Shown: positions 44,076 through 53,577, counted from the first letter of the stretch. The stretch is 61,292 nt of DNA from Candidatus Saccharibacteria bacterium QS_5_54_17 (GCA_003022365.1 PXOU01000013.1:1-61292), one strand, 5' to 3'. The notes: generated by a model from the sequence alone, not told the origin. Numbers and translations are program-made.

Positions 44076-47000
44076 CTCGGCGGCCGGCACGGATTCTTTT
44101 CACTGCCTGCCTGCTCCTGCTGGTTGGCGCCTTCTTTGTCTATGGGGGAGAGACGGATGAGTATGCCTGGGTAGCCGCCCAGTCCAGCAGTGACGTCGAG
44201 GTAGTGGCCGAGAGCGATCCGGGTAATACCGAGGGTACCATTGAGGGGAGATTCTTCCCGTTGACCGGCTCGGACGGGTACGCCGAACACCATCACAGTT
44301 CACCCGAGTTGGACCGGATCAACTGGCCCGAGCGTTCCGATAGCCAGTGTGGCAGCGACAATAAGCGGTGGAAAACTCTGCCGTGGCTGCCCCAAAGCCC
44401 GCCGGCTTGGCTGGAGGCCTATGGATTGAACGAGGCGGAGTATAATAACCGGACTTCTCCGGACAAAAGTGATGTTGCCAACGGTATTTACTTTCATCTG
44501 TCCGGAGACTGCCAGAGCTTGCCCACCGACGGTGGTACCAGGAGTACTCCTAATGACGGAGGTGGTCCCGGTGCGTGGCTGAACCCCAAAGCCTTCGGGG
44601 GGTGGAAAGACCCGAAAGCGAAGCCGCACGGCTTTTCCCGCGCCCAGGCGGTTAATACCCGGGGGAAGGAGGTCGATACCGATCAGTTCGCCGGCACCAA
44701 GTACGAGAACATGCCCCGCATGTGGGGGACCGCCAGCCGGGATGATACCGACCACGGCCCCAACTTGCTTTTCCTGAACGGATACGAGAACAACATTCCG
44801 GAGGATTTCATTCTCACCAGCAGCGGGGTCAGCGCCTTCCGGCACAGCTTCAACATATCCGCCCAACAGCTGGATACGCTCCGCAACGATCCGGACGCCA
44901 CTTTCCGATTTGACGGCATCGCTGACGACTGGATGCGGATATATATCAACGGCGATCATATTCGAACCACAGAAACAGCACTTGATGATGTCGGGGTTAC
45001 AACTGACGACGTGACAGACTATCTGGAGGAGGGTGAAAACGTCCTGGCTGTCCAGGCCATCGACAAAGCTGCCTGGCACCAGGGCAACGGCTCGGCTGAG
45101 AGCCCCAACGCGGCCGGGCTGGCCTACCAACTACAAATCCGCGGCGCCGGCGGCGAGGATCCGGGCGCCATTCATGGGGAGAAGATCGCCACCGGCGACG
45201 CCGACCAATCCCGGATCGACGGGCAGGAAATCGCCGTAACCGGCGAGGGCACCACTACCGATAACCCGTACCAGTTCTCGCCGCTATCCCCTGAGGAATA
45301 CACCGTCAGCACCGAGACTCCCGCCGGCCACGTCGTCTCCTATGCCACCCGGCAAGAGGAGGATACCTGCCCCGATAAAAGCCAGGCCACCCAAGGTTCC
45401 TCGGTGGATGTCGAGGTACCCGCCGGCTCGTTCGTCTACGTCTGCTTTTACTATGATAAGCAGGAAGAAGAGGAGGAAGAGGAGGAGGTCCGGGCCCGGC
45501 CCATTATCTATGGCGCCAACCACATCGACATCAAGGGCGCCTACTTCCGGGACAACCGGAACTTCCAAGTAGACATCGGGACCTATTTATGGCCGGATGC
45601 CACCCTCCGGGAAAAAGGGCAGGGTTCCTTTTTCGCCAGTGACGGCAGCCAAACGGAGCACTTCTGGCAGGCGGGTATATGGGGTGAACGCTACGGCAAC
45701 GACCCCGACGACGATGGTGAAGGGAGTACCGAGACGGATCCCAACCAGATGACGGTCTTCAACAGTGAAGCGGAGAAGGGATGCCCCGCGGGCGATGACT
45801 GCTTACACCGGGTCCCCATGGCCTATGTGCCTGCTGATGACGGCAGCGGTGATAACGGTGAGCCTTACGCCAGTCGCCAGGACGGCTCCCAAACACCGAA
45901 CGGCAACAACTGGTGGCAGATCCGCGAGGAAAACTGGGGAGCCAACAGCCGCGGACGGGTGCGTCGGTGCGGCAGTTATAATAGGCGGTACAATCCCCAC
46001 TGCGGCGGCATCGCCTCCTTTCTGGATGAACAAGTTAACAACTTCGGTGAAAAAGGCAACTACATCAAAAACATTGAGGTTTCCAACATCCGAGTGCGCG
46101 CCCAAAACCCGTCGGCTTTAATGGAACAAGGTGCCGCTGATCTGCAGGGAGAATTGACGGGATCGGATGCGACTGATTTGCTGCAACCGAATGCCCAGAC
46201 TATCAATCTGCCGAATGGCAGTCAGGGACCCGACAGACAATATAATCCGACCTGGGACAACATCCGTCCGCCCGACTCCGGCGACGGCTCAATTGACAGA
46301 AATCAGTTCACCTTCCCCAACTCCTTCAGCGACACGGAGCCGCCTAACTTCACCGACAACCCCAAGGAGATCACCCGTCAACAATATAAACCCCGCAGTA
46401 TCCGATACGGCGGGGTGGATGCGGTAACCTTCCTCCAGGACGGGAAGGATGAGGACAATCCGCCCTATCCGGATAAGGACGAGCCGATTACCTACACCGC
46501 CACCCTCGAGGAAGTGGCGCAAACGGACTTGGTGTGGGATGAGTACGTGGACTGGAGTCAGATCGACGACAAGGGGCATTGGTATACGCGTAAGACCGGC
46601 GGCCGGCCCACGGGCATCGATCGTGGCGAGCGGGGCGAGCGAAGGACTAAAGTCAACCGCATAGAAGAAACGGATGACGGCTCACGTGAAGCCAGGCGCC
46701 GGTATTGGCGGTGCGATATGCCCGACGGCGACCGGCATTATCACTCCTATTCCAACACCAATTACAATCCCAACCTGGACAGCAGTCATCACCGGGATGA
46801 ACACTATGACATGCACCATGACAGCGGCCACCCGAGCTCGCACCACGACTCACACGTCAAGGAACAAGGCGTGCCGTGCGATAATTACTACACTTCCTAC
46901 ACCCGCAAGCGGCGGTATTGCGTGGATGATACCCAACTCGGCTATACCTACAATAACCTTTCCTATTACGATGATCGGGTCCGTTCCCGTTATGGGTGGT

Positions 47001-48550
47001 ACAACACCCAGACCGATACCAGAGCCAGGCCGTATGGCAAGGACGAACAAAGAGCCCAAACCGCTTTTTATCCCACTGCGTTCGATAATGAAGGATATAA
47101 CGGGTATGGCAGCCAACCGGGATGGAGTAGGACGGGCGACACCCCCTTCTGGCAGGACACCGGCATCACCCGTATGTCGGATGAGGGGTCCACCCAAAAA
47201 CCACCCCATGATCAACGCTGGATTTACAACACCGATGATCCCGCCTATACCGGTCGCCATCTGTACATTGACCGGGAAACGCCGCGGTTCAGGGATGGGT
47301 ATTATAAATATGACCGGGATTGCGTCTACCACTATCCCAACGGCAGTCACCGAAAATACCAAAAACGAGTCAACATCCGCCCTTATTATCCGAATGCCAA
47401 CCATCTCTACGAAAGCACCTCGGATTCCTACAATCCGGATGGCCGCGTCTATGGAAAGTACGGCAATGACGCTACCTTCGACGGCGAGAGCGACGGCGTA
47501 GTTGATTATGGGTGGCAATGGCGAACTAATAAGCAAAGGGTCCGATACGAGCAGACCTATACGGATCACCACCGGAAACTCGGCCCCCGGTTCCGGACCG
47601 TCAACGATGAAAAGGGAGGTAGTCAGTATCGGTTGCGCGGCGTCGAGGATCATGAAGATATCCGGGCCGGTCGGGATGATGCCCAGATCCGCAACCCGAC
47701 CGTCAGCACCCAGGAGGGCGACGTGTTCGCCGGCGGGACGCTGAATAGTTACTTCCAGAGCTCCCAGGCAGATTCGGCCTTCCTGTTTAGTAACGATCGC
47801 ATCCGGAACTTCCAGGGGAGCTCAGGTGACTATCCCAACTATTACATACACGACTCCCGGAACCGGGTTGATGCTTACTATCCCGGCAAGAAGGATCAGC
47901 AAGGACAAGAACGGGTGGAATACATATTCCGGAATTATGATGAGCTCGCCGCTCGCAGTTCCCGGGATATCAGGGGCAATTGCACGCCCGGGAGCGGCAG
48001 CTCCAGCATAAGCGGCCGGCAATCGCTTGAGATCGGCGATGATGGCATCCGGGACAACATCTTCTACGCGAGAGGCGACGCGCGGCTCGGCGAGACGAAG
48101 TTCACTGACTCGGCCGGCACCGTTATCGTCGAGGGTACCTACGGCCAATCTGGCAGTGACCGGAAAGACGTGCCCTCGGTCGGGTTCATCGTGCGGGGCA
48201 ATATCATCATCGACGAAAGCGTGGACGAACTGCACGGAAGCTACTTCAGCGGGAATGAGATCTACACCGGCAGCGTGCTTCTGGATCTGAACAGTGTTGA
48301 CGGCGGTCCCGACAACCGGACCGATTGGAGCCCCAACGATAACCGGAATGATAGCGATAAATTACTTGATATTAACGGGCTGATGGTGGCCAACAGTTAT
48401 GTACTGGCCCGGCAGCCCAGCGGCCAGGACAATGCCCAGTCTTCGGAAAGCTTCAATTACGACGGCCGGGTGGTCATCAACCCGCCTCCCGGATTCAGCC
48501 GCATCTACACTGCTGATGCCGTCTGGAACGATACGATACCCAGAAACTAA
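44063..48550 (+). CDS. Giant secreted protein (1495 aa) heading the pilus locus; candidate pilus-associated adhesin
   Basis: N-terminal signal/anchor (ILFTACLLLLVGAFFVY) and a PA14-like segment (FRFDGIADDWMRIYINGDHI..GENVLAVQAID). A poly-Glu run, a His-rich patch and a long Tyr/Asp/Arg/Asn-rich region follow. Confidence 0.75.
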   Translation: MVLLARRPARILFTACLLLLVGAFFVYGGETDEYAWVAAQSSSDVEVVAESDPGNTEGTIEGRFFPLTGSDGYAEHHHSSPELDRINWPERSDSQCGSDNKRWKTLPWLPQSPPAWLEAYGLNEAEYNNRTSPDKSDVANGIYFHLSGDCQSLPTDGGTRSTPNDGGGPGAWLNPKAFGGWKDPKAKPHGFSRAQAVNTRGKEVDTDQFAGTKYENMPRMWGTASRDDTDHGPNLLFLNGYENNIPEDFILTSSGVSAFRHSFNISAQQLDTLRNDPDATFRFDGIADDWMRIYINGDHIRTTETALDDVGVTTDDVTDYLEEGENVLAVQAIDKAAWHQGNGSAESPNAAGLAYQLQIRGAGGEDPGAIHGEKIATGDADQSRIDGQEIAVTGEGTTTDNPYQFSPLSPEEYTVSTETPAGHVVSYATRQEEDTCPDKSQATQGSSVDVEVPAGSFVYVCFYYDKQEEEEEEEEVRARPIIYGANHIDIKGAYFRDNRNFQVDIGTYLWPDATLREKGQGSFFASDGSQTEHFWQAGIWGERYGNDPDDDGEGSTETDPNQMTVFNSEAEKGCPAGDDCLHRVPMAYVPADDGSGDNGEPYASRQDGSQTPNGNNWWQIREENWGANSRGRVRRCGSYNRRYNPHCGGIASFLDEQVNNFGEKGNYIKNIEVSNIRVRAQNPSALMEQGAADLQGELTGSDATDLLQPNAQTINLPNGSQGPDRQYNPTWDNIRPPDSGDGSIDRNQFTFPNSFSDTEPPNFTDNPKEITRQQYKPRSIRYGGVDAVTFLQDGKDEDNPPYPDKDEPITYTATLEEVAQTDLVWDEYVDWSQIDDKGHWYTRKTGGRPTGIDRGERGERRTKVNRIEETDDGSREARRRYWRCDMPDGDRHYHSYSNTNYNPNLDSSHHRDEHYDMHHDSGHPSSHHDSHVKEQGVPCDNYYTSYTRKRRYCVDDTQLGYTYNNLSYYDDRVRSRYGWYNTQTDTRARPYGKDEQRAQTAFYPTAFDNEGYNGYGSQPGWSRTGDTPFWQDTGITRMSDEGSTQKPPHDQRWIYNTDDPAYTGRHLYIDRETPRFRDGYYKYDRDCVYHYPNGSHRKYQKRVNIRPYYPNANHLYESTSDSYNPDGRVYGKYGNDATFDGESDGVVDYGWQWRTNKQRVRYEQTYTDHHRKLGPRFRTVNDEKGGSQYRLRGVEDHEDIRAGRDDAQIRNPTVSTQEGDVFAGGTLNSYFQSSQADSAFLFSNDRIRNFQGSSGDYPNYYIHDSRNRVDAYYPGKKDQQGQERVEYIFRNYDELAARSSRDIRGNCTPGSGSSSISGRQSLEIGDDGIRDNIFYARGDARLGETKFTDSAGTVIVEGTYGQSGSDRKDVPSVGFIVRGNIIIDESVDELHGSYFSGNEIYTGSVLLDLNSVDGGPDNRTDWSPNDNRNDSDKLLDINGLMVANSYVLARQPSGQDNAQSSESFNYDGRVVINPPPGFSRIYTADAVWNDTIPRN

Positions 48551-48625
48551 CCTCCAAAGGCTTGTGAAGTACGCACTAGGTGCGCTAGACTAGGGGCATA
48601 ATAACCATGAGCGTTAGACAAACAT

Positions 48626-49258
48626 ATGATTAAAATTAACCTCCTCCCCGATGTAGTCCTTGAGCGCCGTCGGCGGGCGAGAATCAAATGGATCGCCAAC
48701 TTGGCCTTGATCGGGTGGTGCGGGCTGGTATTGCTGGTTTTGCTGGCGGCCTTTGGGTATAACCAATGGCAATCCTCGCGTCTGGAATCGGCCCGGGCCG
48801 AGCGGGATGAGGTAGAGGCGGAGGCTTTTTCACCGGAAAACGTAGAGTTCCGCCGGGAAGCGTTATCGGTCCAGTCCAGTTTGGATGCCTTGGTGCGGCT
48901 CCGTGACCGGCGGCAACTGGTAACCGAATTCACTGACGCGCTCCAGCGCAATATGCCCCGGGACGTGCGCATTGTCAGCTTGAATTATGAGACCGGAGAC
49001 ATCATTAACATCGGCGGCCAGGCAGCCTCATACGAAGCGGTCAGCAATTTCGAGCACGCGCTCAAGAATTCCCGTCCCTCCTCTGATGCTGATTCAAACG
49101 AACCGCTTCCCGGTTACTTTGAAAATACATCCTTGACAGGTGCCAACGTGGCCGGTCAGGGACGGATACGGTTCCAGCTGAGCACCGAATACGTGGCCCC
49201 GACTGACAGCAACACGGCATCCGCGGATTCCGGTGCCGGGGCGGGAGGACAACCATGA
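48626..49258 (+). CDS. pilN: Type IV pilus assembly protein PilN
   Basis: MIKINLLPDVV... is followed by one TM and then a periplasmic-type domain. Confidence 0.75.
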   Translation: MIKINLLPDVVLERRRRARIKWIANLALIGWCGLVLLVLLAAFGYNQWQSSRLESARAERDEVEAEAFSPENVEFRREALSVQSSLDALVRLRDRRQLVTEFTDALQRNMPRDVRIVSLNYETGDIINIGGQAASYEAVSNFEHALKNSRPSSDADSNEPLPGYFENTSLTGANVAGQGRIRFQLSTEYVAPTDSNTASADSGAGAGGQP

Positions 49259-49923
49259 AAAAACCGGATATGCAGTCCATCTCCAATATGGGCTCTAATA
49301 TGACCCTTTCCAACCTGCTGGGGTTGTACGCCTTGATCGCCATCGTGGTTGCCGGCGCGGTGGGGTATTTTTTGGTGGTGCCGCAGTTCCAATCGGCTCG
49401 GGAGACCGCTGATGAAGTCAAGCTGGTGCAAGCCGAGATAGATCAGCTGAACCAATTGATACAGGACACCGAAACCCTGCGCACCAACTATGATGAGATC
49501 AAACAAGACCGGGATCGTATTCTGGGCTTGCTGCCCCAGAGCGACGATGAAGAAGAGTACCTATTGGTTTTAGCCGCCGATACTGCTTCCCGGAACGGGC
49601 TGGCTATGAACAGTTTCCAATCCCAGGGCGCCGCGTCATCGATTGCCGGGGAGAGCAGCCCCTATCAAACCTATCGGGCCGAGATGTCCGTTTCCGGCAA
49701 ATATCAGCAGATCAGAAGTTTTATAAAAGAGTTGGAAGCCAGTTCCCGCTTCGTGTTCATAACGGAGGTAACCGCTTCCGCCAACCGGAACACCCGGGCC
49801 GACAATCCGGATATTAGCGCCACGCTGGTCATGGAAGCGTTCTATCAAACCGGTGCTGCCGGACTGTCGTCGGAAGCCGCCGGGACAAATACCCCGGCTG
49901 ACCAAGGAGGAGTAGCCCCATGA
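49255..49923 (+). CDS. pilO: Type IV pilus assembly protein PilO
   Basis: One TM, a coiled coil (EVKLVQAEIDQLNQLIQDTETL), then a ferredoxin-like C-domain. Its start overlaps the pilN stop (ATGA). Confidence 0.7.
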   Translation: MKKPDMQSISNMGSNMTLSNLLGLYALIAIVVAGAVGYFLVVPQFQSARETADEVKLVQAEIDQLNQLIQDTETLRTNYDEIKQDRDRILGLLPQSDDEEEYLLVLAADTASRNGLAMNSFQSQGAASSIAGESSPYQTYRAEMSVSGKYQQIRSFIKELEASSRFVFITEVTASANRNTRADNPDISATLVMEAFYQTGAAGLSSEAAGTNTPADQGGVAP

Positions 49924-50192
49924 TGGACAAATACAAAAACCTGGATCCCCAAACTCGGAAGACGATTTCCTTAGCCGTGACGTTGCTGGTGGTGATTGTG
50001 GTCAGCTTGATCGTCCTCTATCTTATGTCTGACTCTTCAGATGAGGCGGGCCAGCCTACACCTGATGTCCCGCAAATCGAGGATACCCAGTTCAATCAAC
50101 AAGGGCTGCAGTACGTCGAGCAAACCCGGGACGACCGGCCCTCACTGGGAACGGCCACGGGTAATGATAATCCGTTCTCCTCTTATGAATGA
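49920..50192 (+). CDS. Small single-pass membrane protein in the pilus operon (90 aa)
   Basis: Overlaps both neighbouring genes, which suggests translational coupling. It has one TM (ISLAVTLLVVIVVSLIVLYL). Confidence 0.5.
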   Translation: MMDKYKNLDPQTRKTISLAVTLLVVIVVSLIVLYLMSDSSDEAGQPTPDVPQIEDTQFNQQGLQYVEQTRDDRPSLGTATGNDNPFSSYE

Positions 50193-51405
50193 GTATATTT
50201 ATACGGCGAAAGATCAGAACGGGGAGGTCGTCAAAGCCAAGGTAGAAGCGACCAGTCAAAGCGATGCCGCCAAAATTCTGGTCGGCCAGAATCTCTTCCC
50301 GATAGACATACGGTCTCCTGAAGAGGCGGGGTTGAAGGTCCGGTTGCAACGTTTCATCCAGGACGTGCGTCCGGTCCGGAGCAAAGATAAGGTCATATTC
50401 ACCCGACAGATGGCCACGCTAATCCGGGGCGGACTACCGCTGGCCAAGACCCTGCAGCTACTCATCGACCAGGTAGATAACAAGAAACTCCAGGAGATTA
50501 TAGAGGATGTGAGTAATAACGTGCAGGGGGGAAGCACCTTAGCGGATTCCCTCGCCCAGCACCCCAAGGTGTTCGACACCATCTATATCAGCATGGTGGA
50601 AGCCGGCGAACGGGGCGGCAATCTGGACGAAACTATGCTGCGACTGGCAAACCAGGAGGAAAAAAGCCAGAAAATCCGCTCTAAAGTCCGCAGTGCCTTG
50701 ACCTATCCCACGGTCGTTTTCATTGTTTTGATCGCCGTCTCGATTTTAATGCTGACTATGGTCATCCCCCAAGTAGCCAATATGTATCACGAATTGGGCG
50801 AGCCGTTGCCGCTAACGACTAAGATACTGCAGGGGATAGCCAACTTTATGACCAATTATTGGTATATACTGATCGCGTTGTTGGCAGCTGCCGTCTTCGG
50901 TCTCCGGACCTATGTACGCACCGATAGCGGCCGGGCCAAACTGGATCGCTTCAAGCTATCCATCCCCGGCATCAAGCTGATTATAAAAAAGGTGTATATG
51001 GCCCGGTTTACCCGGACGATGAGCTCGCTTATCAATAGCGGCGTATCGGTTCTGGAAGCCTTGGATGTCACCTCCAAAGCCATCAACAACGTGCACATCG
51101 AAGAAGCTATTAACGAAGTGGCCGAACGTGTCAAATCCGGGGATCCCATCTCCAAGCCCATCCGTAACAATCCTATATTTCTCCCCCTGGTGGGCCAGAT
51201 GATCCAGGTGGGGGAACAGACCGGCAGTGTCGGCGACGGCATGGACAAGGTAGCCGATTACTTCGAGGCTGAAGTGGATGAGGCCATGGAGAATATATCC
51301 ACTCTGATCGAGCCGGCCACCATGGTGGTGCTGGGGTTGTTGGTGGCCTTCCTGATCGGCGCCGTGCTATTGCCGATTTACGGCTTAGTATCCAGCATCC
51401 GGTGA
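50185..51405 (+). CDS. pilC: Type IV pilus platform protein PilC (GspF family)
   Basis: I take the start at MNEYIYTAKDQNG (ATG 50185). There are two GspF repeats (FTRQMATLIRGGLPL and FTRTMSSLINSGVSV) and three TM segments. Confidence 0.9.
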   Translation: MNEYIYTAKDQNGEVVKAKVEATSQSDAAKILVGQNLFPIDIRSPEEAGLKVRLQRFIQDVRPVRSKDKVIFTRQMATLIRGGLPLAKTLQLLIDQVDNKKLQEIIEDVSNNVQGGSTLADSLAQHPKVFDTIYISMVEAGERGGNLDETMLRLANQEEKSQKIRSKVRSALTYPTVVFIVLIAVSILMLTMVIPQVANMYHELGEPLPLTTKILQGIANFMTNYWYILIALLAAAVFGLRTYVRTDSGRAKLDRFKLSIPGIKLIIKKVYMARFTRTMSSLINSGVSVLEALDVTSKAINNVHIEEAINEVAERVKSGDPISKPIRNNPIFLPLVGQMIQVGEQTGSVGDGMDKVADYFEAEVDEAMENISTLIEPATMVVLGLLVAFLIGAVLLPIYGLVSSIR

Positions 51406-51424
51406 TCAACCAAGTCCGGGGCCT

Positions 51425-52232
51425 GCTTAGTCTGACAGAAACTTGTTGAACACCTCCCCGACACTGCGACCCCCCTATCTGTCATTCCGGCCGCCGAGCC
51501 GGAATCCATGAATCCGATATGATCCTGAAACAGATCCTGAAACAAGTTCAGGATGACATCTTCAGGATGACAGGAATAAGAAGCAAGCAGTAAGAAGTAA
51601 GCGGGAAACGTGACACGCAATTGCAAGGACCGTCCTTGCAATACATAAAATTGCTCCCATAAAGCTTTTGTTTAACCAATCTTGCAAGGACGGTCCTTGC
51701 AAAAGGAGGGTTTCCTCTCTTTTTGTCATTCCGGCCTCCGAGCCGGAATCCATGAATTCGATATGATCCTGAAACAGATCCTGAAATAAATTCAGGATGA
51801 CAACAGAGGAAGATCCTGAAACAAGCCTGCCTGCCGGCAGGCAGGTTCAGGATGACAGGCATAAGAAGCAAGCAGTAAGAAGTAAGTGAAAAAATGCAAA
51901 ACCTCTTTGTCATTCTGCCCCCCTCCGTCATTCCGAACTTGGTTCGGAATCATTTGGAGCCTGGAATAGATCCTGAAACAAGTTCAGGATGACAGGAATA
52001 AGAAGCAAGCAGTAAGAAGTAAGGAGCAAGTGGAAAAATGCAAAGTCTTTCTGTCACTGCGACCCTCCTCCGTCATTCCGAATTTAGTTCGGAATCCAAT
52101 TCTAAATAGATCTTGAAACCGATCCTGAACCAAGCCCGCCTGCCGGCAGGCAGGTTCAGACGGACATCTTCAGAGCCTGTTGCTTGTCACTCCCTGTCTA
52201 CTGTCTGTGTGCTGCTGCCGGGAGCTTCTACG
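51425..52232. repeat. Mosaic hairpin-repeat cluster 14 (largest)
   Basis: The start module at 51425 lies 20 nt after the pilC stop. More than 15 hairpin modules, three AAG-rich tracts and the palindrome pair at 51621-51702 follow. The end module is at 52179-52232. Confidence 0.9.
51621..51702. repeat. 21-bp inverted repeats flanking a 40-bp spacer (copy A)
   Basis: TTGCAAGGACCGTCCTTGCAA (51621-51641) and TTGCAAGGACGGTCCTTGCAA (51682-51702) bracket TACATAAAATTGCTCCC...CCAATC. Confidence 0.9.
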
Positions 52233-52236
52233 CCTG

Positions 52237-52266
52237 TTGACGCTTGGCACCCGATGCGGATACAAT
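52237..52266 (+). promoter_or_regulatory. Candidate sigma-70 promoter of the pilin operon
   Basis: TTGACG (52237-52242), an 18-nt spacer, then TACAAT (52261-52266). AAGGAGG (52291-52297) and the GTG start at 52306 lie downstream. Confidence 0.55.
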
Positions 52267-52305
52267 TAAGCGTAACAAGTTTGCATAAATAAGGAGGTAA
52301 GTAAA

Positions 52306-52764
52306 GTGCTGGAAAGATTAGGAAAACGAAAAGGGTTCACCTTAATCGAGGTTGTCATCGTCATCGCCATCGGGGCGTTGATTATTCTGGTGGTGCTGCA
52401 GGCGGTATCCAACGCCCAGGAAAGCCAGCGTGATTCGACTCGGCGGCAGGAAGGTTCCCAGATAGTGGCTGCCCTGGAACAGTACGCGGCCAACAACCAG
52501 GGCACCTATCCGGGTAATGCCGACAAGCTTCACAGCGAGGTTATCGGGGCTGGCTATGTCTCCGACACGGTTGAGGAGAAATGGAACGGCCAGTTTGAAC
52601 GAGGTACGCCCAGCCAGGGCGAGTGCGAGGAATTAGGGTCTGCTGAACACAAGGGTTGGTACGAGCCTGTCCGCAGCAACAATGCCGACCCAAGAGATTA
52701 TAAGCTCTCGATATGCCTGGAACAGGCCGATAACGCGGTCAATATTACCAAGAGTGACGAGTAA
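52306..52764 (+). CDS. pilA: Type IV major pilin
   Basis: Prepilin signature KRKG/FTLIEVVIVIAIGALI, with Gly at -1, Phe at +1 and Glu at +5. It is 152 aa and the first gene after a strong promoter and SD. Confidence 0.85.
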   Translation: MLERLGKRKGFTLIEVVIVIAIGALIILVVLQAVSNAQESQRDSTRRQEGSQIVAALEQYAANNQGTYPGNADKLHSEVIGAGYVSDTVEEKWNGQFERGTPSQGECEELGSAEHKGWYEPVRSNNADPRDYKLSICLEQADNAVNITKSDE

Positions 52765-52872
52765 AGGCTGTTAAATCGGCCCATTCAGAGGAAACACCGC
52801 ACGGTTTTACGTGCGGTGTTTTCGTAGTAAAATTAACATAAGCAATCAACGCAGCCGATACATAAACCACCC

Positions 52873-53577
52873 ATGAAACACATACCCCCCCGTAAGCAAT
52901 CCGGTTTCAGTGTTGTCGAGACCATAATAGTGGTGGCCATCGTCGGCTTGTTTACGGCGGTGCTCTTGGCTGCCGGTACCCAGAATATCCAGGTGGAACG
53001 GTTCAGCGGCTCCCTCCGGGATGTGGCCGACGCCTTCCGCAAGGGACAAAACGAGTCCTATTCCATCCAATCCGGTGAGTGCCCCCAAGACCGGGAGTGT
53101 TTCTGGCGGGGTACCTTGTTCGAATTTGAGACCAACACGCCCCGGGAATATAGGCGCTACCGGCTGCGGGGGAACGATTTGTCCGATTTCGCTGCCAACA
53201 GCGATCCCAAACGGGGTATTACCGGCAAAACCGCCAAACAAACCGTCAGTTTAACTGACCAGCAGATGAGGCTGCGCGGGATCGGTTTTAATTGTGAGGA
53301 GTCGGAATTCGGTTCGGGATTCAATGTCGAGTCTCATTGCCAGGATGACACCCAGCAATTATCAGTAGCCTTCCTGGCGCCGGACGGCCGGGCATACACG
53401 GCTGATGAAACAAAGACCAACGCCCAGCTTTCCACGTCAGCCAGTAACTCCAGCGAGCCGCCGCCTTACGCCGATCAGCGGCGGGTGACTCTCGTGGTGG
53501 AGAGTCTGGGCACGGACTTGACCGGGTACCTTACATTTAACCCCAAAAATGCTAATGTTGAGGTAGCAGTCTATTAA
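52873..53577 (+). CDS. Minor pilin (prepilin-type N-terminus)
   Basis: KQSG/FSVVETIIVVAIVGLF has Glu at +5. 234 aa. Confidence 0.75.
   Translation: MKHIPPRKQSGFSVVETIIVVAIVGLFTAVLLAAGTQNIQVERFSGSLRDVADAFRKGQNESYSIQSGECPQDRECFWRGTLFEFETNTPREYRRYRLRGNDLSDFAANSDPKRGITGKTAKQTVSLTDQQMRLRGIGFNCEESEFGSGFNVESHCQDDTQQLSVAFLAPDGRAYTADETKTNAQLSTSASNSSEPPPYADQRRVTLVVESLGTDLTGYLTFNPKNANVEVAVY

Noticed and set aside
50041-50184. Upstream extensions of ORFs for pilC (50041), pnp (26063), rpsO (25489) and dnaG (8265)
   Set aside because: Family alignments begin at the internal Met in each case. Those Mets have an SD or -10 box in place, and the extensions overlap upstream genes or repeats.
52244-52258. Sigma-54 promoter upstream of pilA (TGGCAC CCGAT GC)
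   Set aside because: The GG and GC elements are two nt too close compared with TGGCAC-N5-TTGC. A good sigma-70 TTGACG-18-TACAAT overlaps the same site, and no rpoN or enhancer-binding protein is evident.
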